A DNA stretch of 64,000 nt from Massalongia carnosa (Eukaryota). The position numbers and the translations under genes are program-made. The first letter of the stretch is position 1. The number at the start of each line of letters is the position of its first letter. A model generated the notes under the pieces. That model was not told where the DNA came from and made no database searches. It saw nothing but the letters and a program-made list of their open reading frames with translations. The stretch spans positions 2,542,001 through 2,606,000 of the forward strand of contig OZ287073.1 in assembly GCA_965645245.1 (NCBI GenBank). Direction: 5' to 3'. Of this stretch, positions 37,094 to 48,962 are shown piece by piece.

Positions 37094-37589
37094 TATAAGA
37101 GGGACAGTAGACACTAGTCCTTATGGGTTATAATGCTCAGTGTGACTGCTAATAGATTGGTAGGTGCTAAAGCTAAAAGCTGATTCCCTGAAGATGGGAA
37201 TCGAGCTTTCTATATACCCCTTGGGGTCCTATTTACTAACTACTTGTCTGGTTACCTGTCTGCCTTGTTGCCTTCAGCTGAGGTCTAGTAGATAGCCTTG
37301 CTGCCTTCAGCTGAGGTCTAGCAGATAACCTTGTTGCCTTCAGCTGAGGTCTAGCAGATAGCCTTGTTGCCTTCAGCTGAGGTCTCCTAGGCGTCCCAGG
37401 CCTCCCATGAGATCGAGGCTTATCTGAATAGCTTCAGTTGCTGCCTAACAAACTGGTAAGGCTGATTGCTGATGGCTTAGTATTGCTATCCGCCTTATCA
37501 TGACTAAGCATCCGGATTATCAGTCACCCGGTCTTCTTGGGTGAGTCATCCCAGGAGCTAGCGCAGTCCTGTATTGCCGCGCTATTACA
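37094..37589 (-). repeat. 5' LTR of the chromovirus
   Basis: Direct repeat of 31091-31586. Confidence 0.95.
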
Positions 37590-38397
37590 CCTTCTGCCTT
37601 CTCATAGACCTTAACTTCCTATTTTAAACGTTCTCTAACCTCGACTTTTAAGGTAGTACGCAATCCCGATTTTGTAACTCGAAACTGCCGGGAAGAAGCC
37701 ATTTCAGCGGTGTAATTTATCAATAATCAGCTATTATAATAATTATAATATCCTTTACCTTATTAAATCAGTTTTAGGGTTTTCTTTAATAATTTGTAGA
37801 AGAGATAATAGTTGAACGTAAGTTTCGTGGTTTTGTCAGTTCCGAATAAGCGGGTATTCCGAATACAGGTGAATTACGTTAAGTATAGTGTTAAATTTTG
37901 CCTGTGTTTTAGCTTTGACCGCATTTCAGAAAAGATTTCGATATGTCTTCTTTCATCTTTTATCGACATTGTCAATGTCAGGTCACGCACGTCCTGACAT
38001 AAGCGAATCGGTAGTTATAACCGATCTCCGATCTCCGACTAGGACACGGCTCGTGTTCGTATTCTTCTTTTCATTATACCAATCATAATCACTGTAATTA
38101 AATCAACGGACTCGCGACCCGAAGAAGTGGGGCTATAGGATAAAAACCTGATCGCCCACTTCTTTCGAGGGGTCACTAATCAATTTATTGATTTACCACT
38201 CTCTAATTCGTACATTCATCCCGAATCTATATAGTAGTCACGCTGTTAGATTTGACCCCTTACAGTCTTCGAGATGTTTGCAATAATAAAGACTAATAAC
38301 TACAGAAAAATGATCAGATATTGTATGGTTGATATCTTTATTGCGATTACTAATAATTACTGCTTGTCGTCTCGAGCGAAATCGAACATACAATATC

Positions 38398-38821
38398 TGT
38401 CAGGGGAGGGCTGGAGAGATACAAGACTCTATCTTGCAGAACGGATATCTAGATATGCTAAAACTAGAAGTAGAGAATAATACACAAGACGTCCGATGAA
38501 GAGCTCTGAACACCTGGGAAACCACATAGACTTTATAGCCATGGCTTTCAACTCTCCTATTCTCGACTTGCCCCGTCTCTGTTCCTGTACTAATTTCCTT
38601 AACATGATTGCTTTGACCTATCCCGCCTTTATCTGTGCTGAAGAACTCTCAGTCATAAGCCTGGATAGTGGAGACGTTGAGATTGGATGCGGATTGTAGG
38701 AGATTGATAGTGCGCTGAGGGCGGCAGAAGAACGCCTGAGCACGATGGATGACAGCAATGGGCCCTGTTAAATACTAACCCGATCAGGACAAGCGGGAGG
38801 GTGCGAAGCGATTCCGTGACA
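38398..38821. repeat. Solo LTR
   Basis: TGTCAG...GTGACA; TSD ATATC; close copy at 39327-39758. Confidence 0.88.
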
Positions 38822-39326
38822 ATATCATTGTCCGTAAAAAATAGATCCAATTATTTTTATTCTCGATTGAGATTAATGTTCACGTCAGTTTTGATATTAA
38901 ATTTTTATCGTCTTGAATAACAAGAGACAAAATTATAAGCTCGTTAGATATTGTTGAAATAGGTACATGGATATAGTTATATGACTATGTAATAACAAGT
39001 GTATCTAGTTGTCAAGGACTGGGTTGGGAATTGAACTAATGTTCCTAGGAATTGGATTGAATGATCAAGATGTCTTTATTAATGAGGCTATAGCTAGGAG
39101 GTGGTTTGCTATATAAGACGTCGGACGAGGAGTCAGCTATCTACTGGATATGTCCTCTTTTTATACCTGAGCCAGCCCCTTCTTTCTCATGTTTTACCTT
39201 CATCCTAGATGAGAGATTTTGGTAATGGTGGCGGCGATAAGGTGGAGCGATAAGTGGGCCAGTGGATGTGATAGTTCTAGCGATAAGAGGGTATAGTGGA
39301 GTGAGGAGATTGGTTTAGAGGAGTAA

Positions 39327-39758
39327 TGTCAGTGGAGGGCTGGAGAGATACAAGACTCTATCTTGCAGAACGGATATCTTGATATGCTAAAACTAGAAGT
39401 TGAGAATAATACACAAGACGTCCGATGAAGAGCTCTAAACACCTGGGAAACCACATAGACTTTATAGCCATGGCTTTCAACTCTCCTATTCTCGACTTGC
39501 CCCATCTCTGTTCCTATACTAATTTCCTTAACATGATTGCTTTGACCTATCCCGCCTTTATCTGTGCTGAAGCACTCTCAGTCATAAGCCTGGATAGTGG
39601 AGACGTTGAGATTGGAATACGGATTGTAGGAGATTGATAGTGCGCTGAGGGCGGCAGAAGAACGCCTGAGCACGATGGGTGAGGTTTCACAGCAATGGGC
39701 CCTGTTAAAAACTTACCCGATCAGGACAAGCGGGAGGGTGCGAAGCGATTCCTTGACA
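39327..39758. repeat. Solo LTR
   Basis: TGTCAG...TTGACA; TSD AGTAA. Confidence 0.88.
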
Positions 39759-40352
39759 AGTAAGGGGTTTATTCAGACTCATACCGAGGACGAATCTGAA
39801 TAGGCTTTCAGGTAGCTTTTACCTCGGTCGCCGCTTGGCAGTTCGGGTAAATCAATTAGGGTTTAACTCAAACTTTATTTCATGACAGCAGTATATATAA
39901 CCGTGATGTTAAGAATAAAGAGTCTATTACTGGTCACCTTCTATTAAGCGAGGTGATCGTTATCTTATCTTAGGACTAGGCCTAATACGGCTTCTACGGT
40001 TTCCTAGATGCTATGTTCGTTATACTGATAGAAGTTGGATTTTCAACAGATATCTTGCAAGCGATATTATCACAATAAAGCTCGATCGATAATGACGAAA
40101 AGCACGCTTAGTCGTCTTTAACAGTATTCAACATCGTTAAAAACATTCGTTCTTATTTATCTTCAGATTTGTCACGATAATATAATATAGCATGCGGCCT
40201 GCTGGGTCAGAAACCTCTACGTGGTGCAGGCTATCAACACCTCGTCGGAGGTGTCCAATATCTGATCATTACCAACGCGGAAATCCACCTCGGTAGCCAT
40301 TTGAACGATCAACATCTCTACTGATCATTCGTCACCTCGAAGGCACACATAC

Positions 40353-40500
40353 AAAGCCCATTCATTCGGAATTGCCACACCCCTCAGGCGGAAGCCTTTC
40401 ACCTCATCGAAAAAGCCCATTCATTCGGAATGGCCACACCCCTCAGGCGGAAGCCTTTCACCACATCGAAAAAGCCCTTTCATTTAGAATTGCCACACTT
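40353..40500. repeat. ~60-bp tandem repeat, about 2.5 copies
   Basis: AAAGCCCATTCATTCGGAAT.GCCACACCCCTCAGGCGGAAGCCTTTCACC.CATCGAA repeated. Confidence 0.85.
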
Positions 40501-41310
40501 ACACACCTTCATTTATACGACACCACGATCTACCCTCGATCACGGCTAGTCTTTCCTCCATTGAATCAAAACGTTTAAAGAGAGAAAACGTTCGTCGAAC
40601 GTGTGGAAATACACTGTCTAGTTCATCGAGTCTATAGGATTCCTAGCGCTTGAAGATCTGGGTGTATGCACCGCGTGGTAGAAGGACGGTCTCGTTGCGT
40701 TCAACATGGAACAAGGGAGTGGTTTTACCCTGGGGGCCAGGTTTCCACTTCCTGACTGTTGTTTATGTACATAAATAGCAGTCACAGCGTCATATCCTTA
40801 GGATGCATACGCTTAATGAATTAATAATAATAAATAATATAGCATGCTTTCGTACTCTAACACTTGCTTATCTCCGTGATAAGCCCGGCTTAACTCTTTG
40901 GTCCTTCCATGATAGGAGCAGGTCCAGATTGGGACTAGTCTAGATTAGCTATATATAGACGAGCTTGCTCGCACATCTCAATGGATATCCTTTTACACAC
41001 CCTTATTATGATGATTACCTTTACATGATTTGTTCATGTTATTCGTGTATTGTTTTGTTCTTCGCATGATGACAGGAACGGAGATATATATTGAAAGCTT
41101 TGTTTAATATTGTTACAGCGCCGCCATATAAGGCTGATTATTACTAAGCATGATGACTCAACGGTGCTGAATGTCACGGACAAGGTCCAGATAGGAAGAT
41201 ATACCAGAGTTACTATTTAGAAAGCTAGGTCTAGGGACAGTACACAAGACGTCCGACGAAGAGCTCCAATATAGCCAAGGCTTCCAACTCCCCTATTCTT
41301 GACTTGCCCT

Positions 41311-41542
41311 TGTCACGGTACTGCCTCGCTAGCACCCGAATCGAGTCACGGCGCTAAGGCTTGAATGATAAGCGAGGGCTAGGCTCAGCATAGTTAGGGC
41401 GATCAACGGAAAGATTATATCTTTGCTTTCGCTGTTGAGATTTTCTTTCTTCCTTGTCGAACGTCTTGTAAATATCCATAGCCTACCTATAGCAAAGACT
41501 TCGTACCACCTGATCTTATCTCATTGAGTCCGTCTCGTTACA
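41311..41542. repeat. Nested solo LTR
   Basis: TGTCACG...CGTTACA; TSD GCCCT; sits inside an LTR related to 38398-38821. Confidence 0.85.
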
Positions 41543-42533
41543 GCCCTCATCTCTGTTCCTGTTCTAATTTCCTAACCATGATCGCTTTGACCTATTCCGC
41601 CTTTCTCCATGCCGAAGCAATCTCTCTCTGCTGGGCAATCCCAGTCGTAGGCTTGGATAGTGGAGACGTTGAGATTGGATTCGGGATATAGGAGTTTGGG
41701 AATGCACTGAAGGCAGCGGAAGAACGTCTGAACACATGGGGCGAGGTTTCAGGATAGTTCGGAATAACGGGCCACGGTTCTATTCAATATGCAGGGCAGG
41801 TTTCACGGCAAGAGAGCCTGTTGAATACTAACCCGATCAGGAAACGTGGGAGGGTGCGAGGTAATTCCATTAAACAGAATACCGTTGTGGAAGGATGAAC
41901 TGGGTGGTGTGCGTGGTCCACTACTGCTAGGAGTGCAAGAGAACAAACAAATAAGAGAAGAACAGAACAATAGAATAAGGACAATAGCTAGACTGGTCTC
42001 TGTATGCCTCGTGCCTCGTGTCTCGTGCCTGTGAACTGTATGTGTTGATGCTATGTGTTGTAGCTATTGCTACGAGCATGCTTGCTCTATAAGGAAAACA
42101 ACTATCTATAACTAAACTAAAAGAAAGACTGTCACCTGACTTTCCCGCTACCTTTACCGAGTATCAACCGAAAAGAACCAACTCCCGAACCGCTAGCAAT
42201 TTGAATTTAGAGTATCACCGCTCCACCCCCCTACACCGTCATACTATAGTCAGGCCAAGTGATAACTAATGGGACGGGCCAGGCCATGGAACATCTGAGC
42301 CCACGGAGAAACGTCCGCCCATAGTTGGCATAGTTGGTAGAGTACTGAAGAGACTAGACCTCGACTATGCCTACTGATCTATATAATATGGTGTTAGGCC
42401 TACCTAGATAGATCATCTTACAATTTAACTACTAAATTATTCTACTCTTTATCACGATTCTACCTTTTGCCTTTAGGAACTAAGCCTAATCGAGCACTAC
42501 GGAAACCGTAGACGGACCTGTCGGCCGGCCGTA

Positions 42534-42681
42534 CGCCGCGCAAAGGGTTGGGTTTTCGCCACAAAATTGCTTTTTCGCCACCCGGTTTTTCTCTGAAAAC
42601 TCATCCCGGACACCAAAAATTATAGGGTTCGCCACAAATGGGTTGGGTTTTCAGGAGAGAAACCCGACCCGTTGCGCGGCG
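42534..42681. mobile_element. MITE, TA target
   Basis: TA|CGCCGCGCAA.GGGT...ACCCGTTGCGCGGCG|TA. Confidence 0.88.
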
Positions 42682-42956
42682 TAGCCGGCCGGCAGAAGTC
42701 ATAAGATAGCGCGGAAAAATCTTTTGCGACCTTACTAAATGGGGATTAGAGAGCGCGTTGCTTTATAGGAAACAAGTCCGACTTTTCAAGTCTTTCTTTC
42801 CTCTTTATCTTTATTGTTTTCGTTCACGGCGTCCCTATGACTAGCCTCTAGGTAGACCGTAACACCTTAATCCACTATACTACTCCTAGTCCAGAGTCAC
42901 TCTCAAAATTATTGTCAAATCGCATAATCTAGAGAAACACTTTTGTGCATTATATC

Positions 42957-43126
42957 TGTTACGAAGCGAGATAGTGAATAGATTTCTACAATTGCGCCAC
43001 CTGTCCTCCAGACCAAAAGGCACAATACTTAGTCCGCAGACCAAGCTCTATTCGACTATAACTGGGACTCCTGCTATGTTCGCTTTAGGTCCTGCCGTCC
43101 GCACAACTCTTGGTCGAACCGTTACA
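42957..43126. repeat. 170-bp solo LTR
   Basis: TGTTACG...CGTTACA; TSD ATATC. Confidence 0.88.
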
Positions 43127-43148
43127 ATATCGTTGTATAATTTGTGTA

Positions 43149-43470
43149 CGCCGCGCAACGGGTTGAGTTTTCGCCACAAATTACTTTTTCGGCACCGGTT
43201 TTTCTCTGACAAATCAACCCGTGTAACGGTTCGACCAAGCGTGGTGCGGACGGCAGGACCTATAGCGAACATAGCAGGAGTCCCAGTTATAGTAGAATAG
43301 AGCTTGGTCTGTGGACTAAGTATTGTGCTTTTTAGTCGGGAAGGACAGGTGGCGCAATGGTAGAAATCTATTTACTATCTCGCTTCGTCACAACCCGGAC
43401 ATTAAAAATTATAAAGTTCGCCACAAACGGGTTGGGTTTTCAGTAGAGAAACCTTGCCCGTTGTGCAGCG
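43149..43470. mobile_element. MITE (same family) interrupted by a solo LTR
   Basis: TA-flanked CGCCGCGCAACGGG...CCCGTTGTGCAGCG. Confidence 0.85.
43222..43392. repeat. ~170-bp solo LTR (inverted relative to 42957-43126) inside the MITE
   Basis: TGTAACG...CGTCACA; TSD ACCCG. Confidence 0.88.
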
Positions 43471-43641
43471 TAAATTTGTGTTGTTTTCTCGACTAAAAGT
43501 CTCGACGATTATTAAATGTCTCGATTTAATCCGATAATCAGATTGTATTAACGCTTGATTTGTCTTGTTTATCATTAAATACTAAGCAATATTATTATCT
43601 GAATAATCGAAGTGATTCGATATGACACAGATATGAGGATA

Positions 43642-43883
43642 CGCCGCGTAACGGGTCGGGTTTCTCTACTGAAAACCCGACCCGTTTGTGGCGAACCCTA
43701 TGATTTTGGTTGTCCGGGTTGAGTTTTGAAAGAAAACCTAATGGCAAAAAAGCAATTTTGTGGCGAAAACCTAACCCGTTTGTGGCGAACCCTATGATTT
43801 TTGTTGTCCGGGTTGAGTTTTGAAAGAAAAACCCAGTGGCAAAAAACCAATTTTGTGGCGAAAACCTAACCCGTTGCGCGGCG
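43642..43883. mobile_element. MITE (same family) with ~90-bp internal tandem duplication
   Basis: TA-flanked TIRs; the block CCCGTTTGTGGCGAACCCTATGATTTT...GTGGCGAAAACCTAA occurs twice. Confidence 0.85.
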
Positions 43884-43961
43884 TATATGGGGAATAATTC
43901 TAATGAGTATTCCTGATCTAATGTCAGTATTTCTTTGTTTTAACTCTTAAATACTTAAGTA

Positions 43962-44377
43962 CGCCGCACAACGGTTCGGGTTGGCTCGGGTTTTGACTAG
44001 TCGAACCCGATCCGCTACCGGGTTGGGGAACTGTTCCCGGGTTAACCCGTTTGACTCGTTCGACCCGGTAGATCTTTTATATCAATTTTAAACTTGTTTT
44101 TTAGACGTTTTAAACCCATTTGAAAACTCTAAAATTTCTGAAAATTAGTTATCGAGAAATAATAATTAGTAAGGAAAACTTTTATCATTTTAAACGTCAT
44201 ATTTCGATCGAATTTTCATATTTAATTTGCAAAAAAAACTGACCGGGTTAAACGGTTTAACCCGGAAACCCTCATAAAAAACACAAACCCGTCGGGTCGG
44301 GTTCGAGGAAGTCCAATCTGACCCAAACTCAACGGGTCGGGTAACAGGACAGGTTTAATCCAACCCGTTGCGCGGCG
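43962..44377. mobile_element. Longer non-autonomous element with the same TIR tips
   Basis: TA|CGCCGCACAACGG...CCCGTTGCGCGGCG|TA; different AT-rich interior. Confidence 0.8.
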
Positions 44378-47270
44378 TATATTTAAGTATTATATTTCTC
44401 AATTTTGTTGAATAAGCTTACTTTTATTCGAAAGTCACAATGATCGCACTTAATTAAATATTATTCTTCTCGATCTTTTCAATTCGATCTTTTCAACACG
44501 TCATGACTTGTCCTTGCTTGCAAGTCAATTAATGATCGCCTGTCTTGTCTTATATATATCGTCTCACTCTTGATCGACATAAAGCGACATTATTGCTGAT
44601 TCGATCATAATGAGATTGAATTAGACATAAGTATGCAGAAATGATGAGCAAAGATATGCACAAATAAATCTCTAGTTAATGCTAAATAACCCGAATATTA
44701 CGTAGTTCAAATACCTTTTTTAAGCATTTGATGAAGTTTTATTGATATAACACTTAAAGCAGAAAGTTATAAACTTGTAATTGATAGATTCAGTCGGTTC
44801 ATCTATGATTGATCCTCCAATATCGCACGATCATCGGGCTACAGATATCTAGTCGCTCGTTTTTATCGTCGTAATGTCTTCTTTCTTGGAGTAGTAAGGC
44901 TTTAATCGGGTAGCAGATGCTCAATGGACTTTTCCTCGTGCGTGCTATTTAACTGTGCGGTCGCTTTATTCCAAATGACCTCTAAATAACCCCCTTCAAT
45001 TAATTACAGTTCTTGGGGGTCATCGTGACAGCGCCAGAAGAAAACTACGTGTATAATACGGTAAATGACTCCCGAATAACCCCCAGGCAAGATGGGGGGT
45101 TATTTGGGGGTCATCTCAGTAATTTGCGGTTCTTTAAATCTTCGAATGCTTTTCTACAGTCTTCAGACCAAACGAATAAATTATATCTGGTTTATTGCTT
45201 TCCTGACTTCGTCGTTATTTGCTCGCCCATTGTTAACTCTGTTAACGATCTCGTTCGTTCCGAGAATCTTGATATAAATCGTCGATTGAAATTTGCAAAG
45301 CCTAAGAATGCTGGCATATCCTTAACGGAGCCTGGGGTTTCTCATTTTAGAATCGCCACGATTTTCTCCAAGTTTATCTTTATTTCATCGATGATAACTA
45401 TCAATTCAAGATATTAATCTCGCGAGATAACTCCCTATCCTTGCCCAATCCCGTCCTAGGGTTATCATTCGGTGCCCTTTTATTCGTCGGCATTGTTCGT
45501 ACGTCTGAAGAGAGTTCGGGGTCCTCGAACGCTCCTGGCATGCTGTTGCTAACATGCGCGGGTGTTAAAAGCTGGGCCAGTATTGTTGTCCCCTCGAGGG
45601 GCTCCGGCTTTTCTGGCCATCATGGTGGTTTTCGAACTCATGGCGGCGTTCTGGAATGGAGATCGGCTCGGATATACACGAGCGATCAGTCTTGAATCTA
45701 CTAGAACGGGTCTTTACCTAACTTGAAATTTTCTGGAAATTATCAATCAGATCCGCACGATTAATTGATATGGAAGATGCTGAAACAGGCTTTTACCCTA
45801 TCTGGAAATTATCTGAGACGGGTGTCTACCCCATGAGAGTTCTGATAAGATGGTACATAAATTGTGTAAGGAAGCTGTCGTCAATTCTAATCAACCGCTA
45901 TCAAACTAAAATTTATCTACAAAGAGGAAAAGAGAAATTACTGTTCGCCCTTGACGAAGATATTATCACCTTGGGTCGCGCTAGTGCACGTGCTCCCGTG
46001 ATCCCCCTTTTCCTCATAGCTGGCACTAAGTATGATCATTAAACTTCCTAAGCCCTATGTCAGGCTAGGACCCTGACACGCTGCGTAATCTTGAATAACT
46101 TTTACATCTATCAGGAGGGCTTTTTTCAGCGCTGGAATTTTCAGCGATCGAGAAGACAGTTGATCAAACATCTACTTCTCCTGTCAAGTATAATATTCTC
46201 GTTATAAGTATATAACTCGTATTACTCGTTAACAAAAGCGTTTGAGTAAACAGAAAAACATGACTCGAGTCATAATATTAATACAATGTATAAAGACTTG
46301 AAAGCACTTGATGTATAGAGACAGCTATAGTTGAGTAAAGGTCTAAAAAAGTCGATTTTGATAAACCCGAATGTTGATGTAAAATTCGTACGTCACAGAA
46401 AACCCGAATATATCTTGAGCACCTCGTTAACTTTCCTTAATCAAGGGCATTCAAGAACGCCGATTTACCGAAAAAAAAACCGAGATTCTCGGTCAGAATG
46501 ACTTGTTATCAGAATCAATTCTCTTGTAAGACCGCCCGTGTTGCAGGAATATTTCGTTTTTTTTCGGATTTCTTGGAAAAGCTCAACCCTAGAGCTTCTG
46601 AGAATGGATTTTGTGCGGGAACAGTGATTTTCTCTTCGACCACGTCACTCGCTCCGAGCTTTCAAAAATCTATCATTAAATATTGCAAACCTGCTCACAA
46701 GAGTCGTAGTTCTCTTTGACTACAGGAGGTTTAGTAGCAGACTGAAGGCTTTAAAAGGTAATTATATTAATGCTATCTAGAAAGAAGGAAGTTCGAGGGG
46801 GGTCCTCCGGGACCTAATTGACCAGATTGTTTGCTACAGCAAACACCTCCTTAACCACCTTACCGCATGAGGATTCAGGGGGCCGGCCTATTTTAAGGCC
46901 GGCCTCCGATAAGGCTAGGTGGACCGTCGCTATTGTCAATCCAAAGGTTCTATTGTTCGAACTTGGACTTAGGCTCGTCTTTCTTGACGAGGTCTGTATA
47001 ATGCATGCATGCAGATCCAGAACAGGCTCCAGGAGGACTCTAGGTCATGCAGAAAGCTGCGTGGATCGCCATCAAGGGCGCCAATGATCATGAATAATTT
47101 TTTGTGTCTTGCATGCTTGAAGGTTATCGAGGCACAGCTGACACTATTTTTAAGCCATTCAGATATCTGAAGTGCTTTTCGCCACCTAGCTCAAGTCATG
47201 GAAGAACGTGAGAATAGAGATTAATTAAACGTAGCGAACGCAGCTAGCATTGATGCTAAAAAGGCTTGGT

Positions 47271-48962
47271 TTACACTGTCCCTTCCGTGATAAGGTTGTC
47301 TCGTGCCTTCTCAATCACCGCCCTCATCTGGGTATAAAGGCTCCGATCCTCTGTTTTAATTCGCTTCCCTCCCGGAAAGATGATCTTCAACAGCTCTTTA
47401 ACACAGGGCACCAAGTCCTTACAATAACCTGTAACACAGACCGACATCGTCTTATCAAAAGCTTCTTCTTCAGATACTAGACCCATTTTGAAAAATACAA
47501 GTTTCGCGGTTGAATCGTAATTCCAGTTGTTGAAGTCGGCAACGTTATGAATTCCTTGCCTGGCCCGGCGTGGTGAATGCAGATCCAGAGAAGCACCCAG
47601 AAGAACGATTCGAGATCATGCATGAAGCTATGTGGATCGCCAGCAAGGGCACCGATGGCCATGAAGACTTTGGTGCCGATCTTTCCCGGAGCTCCAGACG
47701 CCTCCAGCCGGGTGATGTCCACAGCAAGGTCAAGGTCAATTAGGAACCCATCACTTTCATCGTCGTTAAGGAGGATATTTCCAAGTGATATATCGCGGTG
47801 GAGTATATCAGCCTGGTAGAGAGACTCGTGCCCTGCGCTCGTTAGCTACGCATATGAACAAAACAATTGATTAGCTCACCTTTGATGCCTCCAAGTAGCC
47901 CTGTGATTATCGCTGCAGGACAGTTCGCCTCACGAAGCGGTTTACCAAGACTCTGAGTTATGATGCGACGACGGACTTTGTCGTTCGTCGATCGATTGTC
48001 GCCCTCTCTAGCAGTCATGAATGATCGTGAGCGCTTTCGTGCTGGTTCTAGTGCCTCGATCTGACTTAATGGCCTCTTTCGGGACGTCTGGCTTTGTTGG
48101 CTTGCTGAGCTAAACGAATTCACACATTGAGTCTTGATTAGTTCAGGCGCTCGGCTGGATCTAGCCATTACCGGGGAAGCGGAACCTTGACTAGATTTAA
48201 CCACTAAAGGGAAACCGGAAGCATTGCTGGATGTGGTAGTTTCAGGTGAAAAGAAACCGGGTTGTGTGAACGGGTTGCTACCAGCGTTAGTTGACATGCC
48301 ATTTCGAACATTTGAGCGAATCAAGTCTTCTTTTTCGTTGAACAAGACCGTTACATGGTGGTAGTATTGAGAGATGTTAGTGGCACCAGCGGCAGTGGCT
48401 TTGCGAATAAGCTCGCCTTCCTCTGGTCGATTGACGTATTGCCAAGAGTCTTTGACTACAAGTGGCTTCTTGGAGTCATCTCTATGAAATATAAATTCAC
48501 TTTGTAGGTATAGTAGCATGATTGTCATTGAAGGTAATTATCTATGTGGGCTATTTGTCTGCTTTATATAGCAGTCACAAAACAGTCACATCTAGGAGCC
48601 CTGACGGTCAGACCTTGTCCCCCTGACGGTCAGACCTTGTCTCCCATATCTGCTTTTTTCTTTTTTAGCAAGGCACCTCCCGAACTGCCTGTTAGGCACC
48701 TCCTATAGATGCCTGGCAGGCACCCGTGGGACTCACGATGGATGCCTATATTAGTGGTCGTCTGACCATCTACCCGATGGTAGCCTTACCATTTAACAAT
48801 CTCCCTCACGGTATGCCTTCCAGCAAGTTGTCGCTCGGCCGGCTATGCACGCTGTATGAGCTCTCAGCGTTTCGTTGATGATCAGTCGCTCTTCTTTGCC
48901 GTCTCTATTAATCTTGACGAATCGTTGACCGTCTACCTCCATCAAGTCCGGGTCGATGCCCA
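47271..48962 (-). pseudogene. FunK1 (fungal-type) protein kinase, C-terminal part, interrupted by a solo LTR
   Basis: GRATTCW, VVKDSWQY, intron ~47833-47880, HRDISLGNILL, LIDLDLA, GTKVFMAIGAL, HDLESFFWVLLWIC. Confidence 0.88.
48483..48798 (-). repeat. Solo LTR in the FunK1 gene
   Basis: TGTTAAATGG...TTTCATA on minus; TSD ATCTC at 48478-48482 and 48799-48803. Confidence 0.9.

Larger units (their letters stand above)
31091..37589 (-). mobile_element. Intact Ty3/Gypsy chromovirus
   Basis: 496-bp LTRs at 31091-31586 and 37094-37589 look identical. TSD CCTTC. PPT AGAAGGGAGG. Open gag and pol. Confidence 0.97.
29366..37869 (-). mobile_element. Degenerate pogo/Tc1-type DNA transposon relic hosting the Gypsy insertion
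   Basis: Inverted repeats ATTCCGAACACCCGCTTATTCGGAACTAACAAA (~29372-29404) and TTTGTCAGTTCCGAATAAGCGGGTATTCCGAAT (~37832-37864); lysine-rich transposase-like tail ARVLSLEDVEKRRQ. Confidence 0.55.
41111..42907. repeat. Solo LTR (17237 family) broken by several nested insertions
   Basis: Pieces 41111-41171, ~42234-42449 and ~42864-42907 are colinear with 17237-17552; near-TSD AATAT/ATTAT. Confidence 0.8.

Noticed and set aside
38398..39758. Two direct LTRs as one TRIM-like element
   Set aside because: Each LTR has its own TSD (ATATC; AGTAA).
40353..40500. 60-bp repeat as CRISPR or coding repeat
   Set aside because: Head-to-tail duplication without spacers and no credible ORF.
42957..43392. 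Large hairpin as a foldback element or ncRNA
   Set aside because: Two separate short LTR insertions in opposite orientation with different TSDs (ATATC, ACCCG).
44400..47200. Short ORFs and possible LTR fragments
   Set aside because: Degenerate sequence with no motifs and no matching TSD pairs found.
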